Assembly: GCA_038133485.1 (NCBI GenBank)
Contig: JAYPTH010000005.1
Span: forward strand, 247-64,246
Direction of reading: 5' to 3'
DNA length: 64,000 nt
From: Gammaproteobacteria bacterium
GTDB taxonomy: Bacteria > Pseudomonadota > Gammaproteobacteria > Magnimaribacterales > TMED112
Part shown: piece by piece, positions 47,967-54,852 of the stretch
How positions within the stretch are numbered: position 1 is the stretch's first letter
Layout of the letters: every line of letters starts with the position of its first letter
Program-made: the position numbers and the translations under genes
The notes under the pieces: generated by a model
Seen by the model: the letters and a program-made list of their open reading frames with translations, nothing else
Told to the model about the DNA's origin: nothing
Databases searched by the model: none

Positions 47967-49160
47967 ATGGATTACAAAAAACAACTGGAAATTATAAAAC
48001 AAGGTATTGATGAAATCATAGGTGAAGATGATCTTGTTAAAAAACTAAAAGCCAATAAAACTCTGACAATCAAGGTGGGATTTGACCCGACTGCACCTGA
48101 TTTACATTTAGGACATACCGTAATCCTTAGAAAAATGAGGCAATTTCAGGAGCTTGGACACAAGGTTATTTTTCTCATTGGAGATTTTACTGGTCGAATT
48201 GGAGACCCAAGTGGTAAGAATAAAACCAGACCTCCACTGACAGATAAAGAAATTAATGCCAATGCAAAAACTTACAAAGAACAAGTCTTTAAGGTGTTAG
48301 ATCCTAAAACAACTATAGTTGAATTCAATTCTAAGTGGGGTGATAAAATGTCTGCTGTAGATATGATTAAGCTCGCTGCTCAGTCTACTGTTGCCAGAAT
48401 GATTGAGAGAGATGATTTTTCAAAACGCTATAAAAATAATCAGCCTATATCAATTCATGAATTCTTGTATCCGCTAATGCAAGGTTATGATTCAGTAGAA
48501 TTAGCTGCTGACATTGAGCTGGGTGGCACTGATCAAAAATTTAATCTTTTAGTTGGAAGAGATCTCCAGAGAAACAGTAATCAAGATCCCCAAACAATCA
48601 TTACACTTCCATTGCTTGAAGGTCTAGATGGCGTTAAAAAAATGTCAAAAAGTGAGCAAAATTATATTGGCATAACCGAAAATGCAGATGAAATATTTGG
48701 GAAGACAATGTCTATTCCAGATGAAATTATGTTCAAGTGGTTTGATCTTCTTAGTTTGCGGCCACTAAAAGATATTAAGGGCCTATTGAAAAATATAGAG
48801 AGTGGAGCGAATCCAAGAGATGCCAAAATAGAATTAGCATTAGAACTCACTGAAAGATTTACTTCCAAAGAAGAGGCCGTGGTAGCAAAAGATAATTTCT
48901 TTAAAAAATTTGCCAAAAATGAATTACCAACAAACATAGAGGAAATAGAAATGTCATTTTGTGATGGTCAAGCATTCCCTAACATTCTTAAAGAGCTCAA
49001 AATGGTAGCGAGCACATCTGAGGCTTTGCGACTAATTAAACAAGGTGCAGTGAAAGTTAATCAAGAAAAAGTAGATTCTAAAGATTTTCAAATTGAGGCT
49101 AATAAGAAAACATTAATCCAAGTTGGAAAAAAGAAATTTGTCTATTTAAGTCTTATTTGA
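47967..49160 (+). CDS. tyrS: Tyrosine--tRNA ligase (type 2, TyrZ-like)
   Basis: HLGH and KMSKS class I signatures, [14 protein letters not shown]-terminal S4 domain. Confidence 0.94.
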   Translation: MDYKKQLEIIKQGIDEIIGEDDLVKKLKANKTLTIKVGFDPTAPDLHLGHTVILRKMRQFQELGHKVIFLIGDFTGRIGDPSGKNKTRPPLTDKEINANAKTYKEQVFKVLDPKTTIVEFNSKWGDKMSAVDMIKLAAQSTVARMIERDDFSKRYKNNQPISIHEFLYPLMQGYDSVELAADIELGGTDQKFNLLVGRDLQRNSNQDPQTIITLPLLEGLDGVKKMSKSEQNYIGITENADEIFGKTMSIPDEIMFKWFDLLSLRPLKDIKGLLKNIESGANPRDAKIELALELTERFTSKEEAVVAKDNFFKKFAKNELPTNIEEIEMSFCDGQAFPNILKELKMVASTSEALRLIKQGAVKVNQEKVDSKDFQIEANKKTLIQVGKKKFVYLSLI

Positions 49161-49169
49161 GGAGAAATA

Positions 49170-50330
49170 ATGAGTAATAAAACATATGACTATTTAATTT
49201 TTGGTGCCAGTGGTTTTACGGGCAGATTGGTAGCGGAATATTTTCAAAATGAATATGGGAAAAATTTAAATTGGGCAGTTGCTGGTCGAAATCAATCAAA
49301 GCTTGAGGAAGTTTTGACTGAGATTGGAGCTAATGCTCCAATTGAAATTTTAGATTCTTCAGATGCGGCATCAATACATGCAGCGATATCGAAAACAAAA
49401 GTCTTGATAACAACAGTAGGCCCATATCAATTATATGGAAGTGATATTGTGAAAAAATGCGCTGAACTAGGAGTTCATTACGTGGATTTAAGCGGTGAAC
49501 CAGGTTGGATGCATTACATGCAAGAGCATCAATCGGTTGCCAAAGAGTCTGGAGCAAGAATTGTTCATAGCTGTGGTTTTGATTCAATACCATCAGACTT
49601 AGGTGTCTTTTTCTTGCAGCAAAAAGCAATAGAAAAATATGGTAAGCCATTTTTAACTGTGAAATGTGGAGTAAGATCGATGGTTGGTGAATTCTCTGGA
49701 GGCACGGCAGCTTCTTTGAATGCTACGCTTCAATCAATTAGAAAAGATCCAAATATGATCAATATCCTTATGAATCCATTTTCTTTAGCAGAGGGATTTG
49801 AGGGTCCAACTCAACCGGATGGCAATACAGTTATCTACGATGAAGACTTCAATCAATGGATGGCTCCTTTTATTATGGCGCCAATTAATACTAAAAACGT
49901 TCATAGATCAAATAAATTGCTCTCGCATCTATATGGTAAAGACTTAATTTATAGTGAAATGATGATGGCCGGTGACGGTGACAAGGGTAAAGAGACGGCG
50001 GATTTTATTGCTTCAGTGAATCCTTTGATGGGGGAAAATGTTCCCAAGCCAGGTGAGGGCCCTTCAAAAGAATCGCGAGAAGCTGGAAGCTACGATTTGG
50101 TTTTTCTTGGAGTAGATGAAACTAATAAAATGCAAGTTGCAGTAAAAGGAAATCTAGATCCTGGTTATGGCTCAACATCAAAAATGATTGCCGAAAGTGG
50201 GATATGTTTGCTTGAGGATTGTGCAGATCTTCCTGGAGGTATTTACACCACAGCACCAGCAATGGGCAATAAGCTAATTGCTCGCTTAGAGGCGCATGAT
50301 GTTATGCATTTCACAGAAGAAATAATTTAG
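49170..50330 (+). CDS. Saccharopine dehydrogenase-like NAD(P)-binding oxidoreductase
   Basis: YDYLIFGASGFTGRLVAEY Rossmann N-terminus and CGFDSIPSDLG motif typical of the family. Confidence 0.75.
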   Translation: MSNKTYDYLIFGASGFTGRLVAEYFQNEYGKNLNWAVAGRNQSKLEEVLTEIGANAPIEILDSSDAASIHAAISKTKVLITTVGPYQLYGSDIVKKCAELGVHYVDLSGEPGWMHYMQEHQSVAKESGARIVHSCGFDSIPSDLGVFFLQQKAIEKYGKPFLTVKCGVRSMVGEFSGGTAASLNATLQSIRKDPNMINILMNPFSLAEGFEGPTQPDGNTVIYDEDFNQWMAPFIMAPINTKNVHRSNKLLSHLYGKDLIYSEMMMAGDGDKGKETADFIASVNPLMGENVPKPGEGPSKESREAGSYDLVFLGVDETNKMQVAVKGNLDPGYGSTSKMIAESGICLLEDCADLPGGIYTTAPAMGNKLIARLEAHDVMHFTEEII

Positions 50331-50404
50331 CTTTAAAAAAATTTTGCAAAATTGTTACAGTTTTAATATTGCATAAATCACCTTAATTATTGCAGCATTT
50401 ATCT

Positions 50405-51601
50405 ATGAAAATTCATAGATTTCTTATTGCTTGCTTATCACTAATTTTCCTTAGTTCTTGTGGTGGTGGAAATGGTTCTGAAACACCAGCCCCAACACCA
50501 GCCCCAACACCAGCCCCAACACCAGCCCCAACACCAGCCCCTGAACCAAAGTATGATGCTTCTATTTTTGTTCCTGAAGGAGAGACAAAAGGTTACATTG
50601 GATTCTTATTCCACAAGGATGCCAGTAACGCTGGATGCTTATCAACAATAAAACTAGATTTGACCAATGACAATGGCTTTTTAGCTGCAAATCAACTTTT
50701 AGCAAACGAATGGCGTTACATTGCCTACTTTGATGATGAAGGTAATGGTTTTGATAGTTATGAGGGCAACTCCTCAAATACTGGCATAAGGCTCGGTGAC
50801 AATTTCATAACAAGCGAGGGCGATGACCCTGGAATCGATTACGAAATTGCTTTGGTGGATTCAAACCTCAATGGTATAGAAATCAATGAAGGTGACTTCA
50901 ACCCCTACACCTTTGAAGGTAGCCCTGGTGATTTAGCAGTTTTTTCTGCCGATTTTTATCTTGAAACTACAGAAGAGCATTACTGTCAGCCAAGCCTTGA
51001 AATGGGCATAATGGCAGTCCCAGGCTCATCCCCAGATGACGATGATGAAGTTTTCATTGGAGCCACAGATAGCTTCGATGGCTATACATTTCTCTACCTA
51101 GTTTCGCAAGATTGGTGGACAAGTAATACAGAAAATTTGCCAGATGAGTCAGATTTATTTGGTATAAATTATTACGGTCTCAATATTTTCACTTCATACA
51201 AATCCTCCGCAAATATTACTGAATCTGGTCTTGGAATTAGAGTTAAACCAGATTTGATCACCGAAGTTAATAATGCCTCCAGCCAAGTTGAGCAAACTAT
51301 GGTTGGTTCAAGATTTACTGATGCTATTGAATCAGATAGTGAAACTTGGTTTGTTGATGATTATTTTACCAAGTATCTATTTGAAGGAGAATCTTGGTCC
51401 TCTCAAAGGGTTTTTCTGAAAGGAGACAATACAACCGATTGTTATTTTGAAGAAACCAGTGGTTATAGCTGTCAATACGGTGCCTTGTATATTCATTTTC
51501 TCTCTCCTGATAAGGAGCTTTTATTTGGTTTTTCATTGGGAGGATATGATGGAGCAGTCGAAACAACTTTTACACAAGTTTATTTTAATAACGACGATTA
51601 G
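50405..51601 (+). CDS. Acidic lipoprotein with (TPAP)5 linker, function unknown
   Basis: Signal/lipobox MKIHRFLIACLSLIFLSSCGGG, then ETPAPTPAPTPAPTPAPTPAPEP, then a ~350-aa Asp/Glu-rich body with no motif I recognise. The ATG at 50405 is preferred over the TTG at 50390. Confidence 0.75.
   Translation: MKIHRFLIACLSLIFLSSCGGGNGSETPAPTPAPTPAPTPAPTPAPEPKYDASIFVPEGETKGYIGFLFHKDASNAGCLSTIKLDLTNDNGFLAANQLLANEWRYIAYFDDEGNGFDSYEGNSSNTGIRLGDNFITSEGDDPGIDYEIALVDSNLNGIEINEGDFNPYTFEGSPGDLAVFSADFYLETTEEHYCQPSLEMGIMAVPGSSPDDDDEVFIGATDSFDGYTFLYLVSQDWWTSNTENLPDESDLFGINYYGLNIFTSYKSSANITESGLGIRVKPDLITEVNNASSQVEQTMVGSRFTDAIESDSETWFVDDYFTKYLFEGESWSSQRVFLKGDNTTDCYFEETSGYSCQYGALYIHFLSPDKELLFGFSLGGYDGAVETTFTQVYFNNDD
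50483..50542 (+). repeat. 12-nt tandem repeat x5 (ACACCAGCCCCA) encoding the (TPAP)n linker
   Basis: Four perfect copies plus one with a terminal T, in frame with the lipoprotein ORF. Confidence 0.95.
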
Positions 51602-51679
51602 AAACCTAACATACTAAACTGCAATACTCTTAACAGATGCATTTTCAAGCACGTAATCAATGTTTAACAAAAGTTCACA

Positions 51680-51700
51680 TTTGTAACAACTTGTTACAAA
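51680..51700. promoter_or_regulatory. 21-nt perfect palindrome, candidate operator upstream of the large lipoprotein gene
   Basis: TTTGTAACAA-C-TTGTTACAAA lies 70 nt upstream of the ATG at 51770. The half-site TTGTTACA recurs at 50352-50359 upstream of the first lipoprotein gene. A near-copy TTTGTCACA sits at 54812-54820 upstream of the TonB-dependent receptor. Confidence 0.5.
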
Positions 51701-51769
51701 TCTTCAGCAATAAGTAACAAAAAAGTCATATTCATCCATTAATTTTTCAGACTATAACTAGGAGAAGTT

Positions 51770-54739
51770 ATGAAATTAACTAAAACACTTGTAATTATAT
51801 TCTCTACTCTTTTCGTTGCTGCCTGTGGCGGTGGTGGAAGTTCATCTCCTGAACCAACACCAGCCCCAACACCAGCTCCAACACCGGCCCCAACACCAGC
51901 CCCAACACCAGCTCCAACACCGGCCCCAGAGTCTTGTTTGGTTGGTGCAGATACAGGAGTCACTACTCAGGATCTCGATGGCATTTCTAAGAAAGTCTGT
52001 GTATTAACATTCCCAGAAACTGCACCAATAACAGGTGATGTTACCTTGAGTAATGATGCTATATATGCCCTAAATGGTGCGGTATATGTTGGAAACGGAA
52101 TTGGTGAAGATGGTAGTGATGCTGGCGCTGATGGTAACCTTACGATCGAAGCCGGTACAACAATTTCAGGAACAGCTGGTGCAGGCTTTGAAAATGCCAC
52201 AGCATGGGTAACAGCTCTTAATGAGGGCGCAGCGGATGTAGAAGTCTCAGATTCAGACGTAGATTATCTAGTAGTGAAGCCTGGTTCTAAAATATTTGTT
52301 GAAGGAAGTTCATCTGCACCAGTGATAATGACAGGTGCAAGTGATTTGACTGGTGAAGTTAGAGATGGCTCGGAAGCTCAATGGGGCGGACTAGTTATTT
52401 CAGGCTTAGCAACACAAAATAAATGTAATGAAGCTGATTTAGGCACTGCCTCTTGCGTTGCAAATGGTGAAGGTGCTTCAGGATATTATGGTGGTACTGA
52501 CGATGCAGATAGCTCCGGTTCTATTGAATATCTTCAAGTGAAATATGCTGGTTACAAGTTTTCAAATGAGGACGAATTAAACGGTATTGCATTTCAAGCT
52601 GTGGGTTCAGGAACAGTGCTTGATTACATACAGGTTCACAATGGCTCAGACGATGGAATTGAGTTTTTTGGTGGCACAGCTGGCATTAAACATTTTGTAG
52701 TGACTGGTGCATCTGACGATTCTTTAGATTGGACCGATGGTTGGAGAGGTTTTGCCCAGTATGGTGTAATAGTTCAGACACTTTTCCCTGCTACAGATTC
52801 TAGTCGTAGCAAAGATAATGTCATTGAAGCTGATAATTATGGCTCAGATATGGACAGGGCACCAAGGTCTTTTCCAAAGATAGCAAACATAACCATGGTT
52901 CAAGATTATGGTGGTGATACTTTGCTACTAAGGGAAGGTACAGGTGCTTACATCTTAAATTCAATTGTTGCTGGAAACCCTGACGATTCAAGTTATTGCT
53001 TGGATGTGGATGACAATGAAACATATCGTTTTGCTGGAACAGCTGGGAACATGACCAATATAAGTTTTGATGGATCTATTTTTGATTCAGTCAAATGTAG
53101 TGCCATGGCTGCATCTAAAGGGTGGGTTGATCCATCCTCAGCTGATGAAGGTGATGATGTATTTGATATCGGAGCTGAGCTTGAAAATCTAGATTCAGTT
53201 CAGTTTGCTGCAACAGGCCTACATGGCTCAAAGAGGAATGCAGCTTATTTGTCTCATCCACTCGTAAATTCTTACTATGTAGAAAAAGTCGCTAACGCAA
53301 ATATTCTTGACTCAAACCTTGTAACGGAAGATTTTATTGGTGGTGTTAAAAGCGATGCAGAAGATTGGACTAAAGGTTGGACATATGGGTTGCATATCTC
53401 CAATTCAGATATGCAAGACTTTTGCCCATTTGGAACAGCTTTAACAACAATTAAAGACGATGGTGGTGCTGCATGTGAAATTACAGCATCGCAAGCAGCT
53501 GAAAACAATATCAGGCTTGTTGGCGGCGGTCTGCCTTATGTCATGAAAGGCAAGCTTGTTGTTGGTGATGGCACAGCTGAAGGTGCACAATACTTGCAAA
53601 TTGATCCAGGTGTCACAGTCTACAGCGATCAAGTTGCAGGCGAAGGCTCTTTAACAGATCTGGATTACGTTGTAGTTCCAACTTATTCAAAAATCTTGGT
53701 CAACGGTGCCCCAGGAGCACCAGTAACCTTTACATCAAGCAGAGAGGTTAGAACTTCTGGCGATAGTTCCAGCTCAACATTGTCCAAAGAAACAACCAAT
53801 GATTGGGGAGGCCTGGTTATTAATGGTCTGGCATCGCAGAATAAATGCAACATCAGTGATATCGGAACAGCTGCATGTACTGCTGATGGTGAAGGAGCTT
53901 CAGGAAGCTATGGTGGTACCAATGATGCCGATAACAGTGGCAACATATTCTACGGAGTTGTGAAATATGCCGGAAGAAAATTTAACAATGAAGACGAACT
54001 AAATGGTGTCGCTTTCCAAGCCGTCGGCAATAAGACTGAAATTGATTATCTGCAAACTTTCAATACTTCAGATGATGGAGTGGAATTCTTCGGAGGTACA
54101 GTCAATGCAAAACACCTATTGGTTATGAGTGCATCTGATGATTCTATAGACTGGACAGATGGATGGCGCGGGAAAGTTCAGCACGCTATTGTATGGCAAA
54201 ATCAGGGACAAGAATTTGCTGTGGACAGGTCAATAGAAGCTGATAACTATGGGTCCGATATGGACAGAACTCCAAGATCCATGCCAATGTTTGCCAACTT
54301 AACAATAGTTAGCCAAGATGGTCAGGCAGTGCTCTTAAGAGAAGGAACAGGACTGCACATCTTTAACTCTGTCGTGGCAGACGAAGGTGCCAGCACATGT
54401 TGGGATATAGATGATGATACCACTTACGATTTCAATGCCGATGGTGTGGCTGGTGAAGGACATGTTTATGATGGGAACTTATTCTCTTGCGCAACATTAG
54501 CACAAGAAGATTCAAGTGGACCATCAATTGCTCAAATTGAAGCTTTATTGTCATCCAATACTAATACAGCTTCAGCAGGTGGTGGATCACTATCTGGTTA
54601 CTGCAATGGAAGTGTTGAGTCAGGGCTTACTCCTGTAGCAATTGACGATGCATTTTTTGATGCTACAGACTATGTTGGAGCTTGTGCATCAGCGGAAACC
54701 GATTGGACTCTAAATTGGGCGTTTAAACCATCTGAATAG
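51770..54739 (+). CDS. Large lipoprotein with (TPAP)6 linker and two homologous ~450-aa modules, function unknown
   Basis: AGGAG RBS and lipobox FSTLFVAACGGGG. Both halves share WGGLVI.GLA.QNKCN..GTA.C.A.GEGASG.YGGT.DAD.SG.I.Y..VKYAG.KF.NEDELNG.AFQAVG..DY.Q...SDDG.EFFGGT...KH..V..ASDDS.DWTDGWRG...EADNYGSDMDR.PRS.P..AN.T. Confidence 0.8.
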   Translation: MKLTKTLVIIFSTLFVAACGGGGSSSPEPTPAPTPAPTPAPTPAPTPAPTPAPESCLVGADTGVTTQDLDGISKKVCVLTFPETAPITGDVTLSNDAIYALNGAVYVGNGIGEDGSDAGADGNLTIEAGTTISGTAGAGFENATAWVTALNEGAADVEVSDSDVDYLVVKPGSKIFVEGSSSAPVIMTGASDLTGEVRDGSEAQWGGLVISGLATQNKCNEADLGTASCVANGEGASGYYGGTDDADSSGSIEYLQVKYAGYKFSNEDELNGIAFQAVGSGTVLDYIQVHNGSDDGIEFFGGTAGIKHFVVTGASDDSLDWTDGWRGFAQYGVIVQTLFPATDSSRSKDNVIEADNYGSDMDRAPRSFPKIANITMVQDYGGDTLLLREGTGAYILNSIVAGNPDDSSYCLDVDDNETYRFAGTAGNMTNISFDGSIFDSVKCSAMAASKGWVDPSSADEGDDVFDIGAELENLDSVQFAATGLHGSKRNAAYLSHPLVNSYYVEKVANANILDSNLVTEDFIGGVKSDAEDWTKGWTYGLHISNSDMQDFCPFGTALTTIKDDGGAACEITASQAAENNIRLVGGGLPYVMKGKLVVGDGTAEGAQYLQIDPGVTVYSDQVAGEGSLTDLDYVVVPTYSKILVNGAPGAPVTFTSSREVRTSGDSSSSTLSKETTNDWGGLVINGLASQNKCNISDIGTAACTADGEGASGSYGGTNDADNSGNIFYGVVKYAGRKFNNEDELNGVAFQAVGNKTEIDYLQTFNTSDDGVEFFGGTVNAKHLLVMSASDDSIDWTDGWRGKVQHAIVWQNQGQEFAVDRSIEADNYGSDMDRTPRSMPMFANLTIVSQDGQAVLLREGTGLHIFNSVVADEGASTCWDIDDDTTYDFNADGVAGEGHVYDGNLFSCATLAQEDSSGPSIAQIEALLSSNTNTASAGGGSLSGYCNGSVESGLTPVAIDDAFFDATDYVGACASAETDWTLNWAFKPSE
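51857..51928 (+). repeat. 12-nt tandem repeat x6, organised as a 36-nt unit x2, encoding the (TPAP)n linker
   Basis: The unit ACACCAGCCCCA ACACCAGCTCCA ACACCGGCCCCA is repeated twice exactly. It uses the same 12-mer and the same codon phase as the repeat at 50483-50542. Confidence 0.95.
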
Positions 54740-54774
54740 CCTTTGTATAAATCCCTTTAATTATTGAGTCCGTA

Positions 54775-54799
54775 CTGCCCCGAAAGGGGCAGTTTTTTT
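54775..54799 (+). terminator. Rho-independent terminator
   Basis: CTGCCCC-GAAA-GGGGCAG stem-loop (7 GC-rich bp, GNRA-type tetraloop) followed by TTTTTTT, 36 nt after the lipoprotein stop. Confidence 0.85.
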
Positions 54800-54852
54800 A
54801 TTCTTAACCTATTTGTCACATTATTGATTCAAAAGCTGTGTACTCTTAAACC

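Noticed and set aside
50340-50353. The 14-nt perfect palindrome AATTTTGCAAAATT after the oxidoreductase gene, as a terminator or operator.
   Set aside because: It is entirely A/T apart from the central GC, so it would be a very weak hairpin and is easily produced by chance in AT-rich DNA. I only note that it abuts the TTGTTACA half-site.
51739-52007. ORFs 51739-51963 (minus; GAGVGAGV repeats) and 51816-52007, and also 50460-50651 (QPQH repeats).
   Set aside because: These are alternative-frame or antisense readings of the 12-nt TPAP repeats. The lipoprotein frames have signal peptides, an RBS and long conserved bodies.
51938-54739. The two similar modules of the 989-aa lipoprotein as a template/variable repeat pair of a diversity-generating retroelement.
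   Set aside because: There is no reverse transcriptase nearby. The divergence is spread over all nucleotides and codon positions rather than being adenine-specific, and similarity is only moderate at the DNA level.
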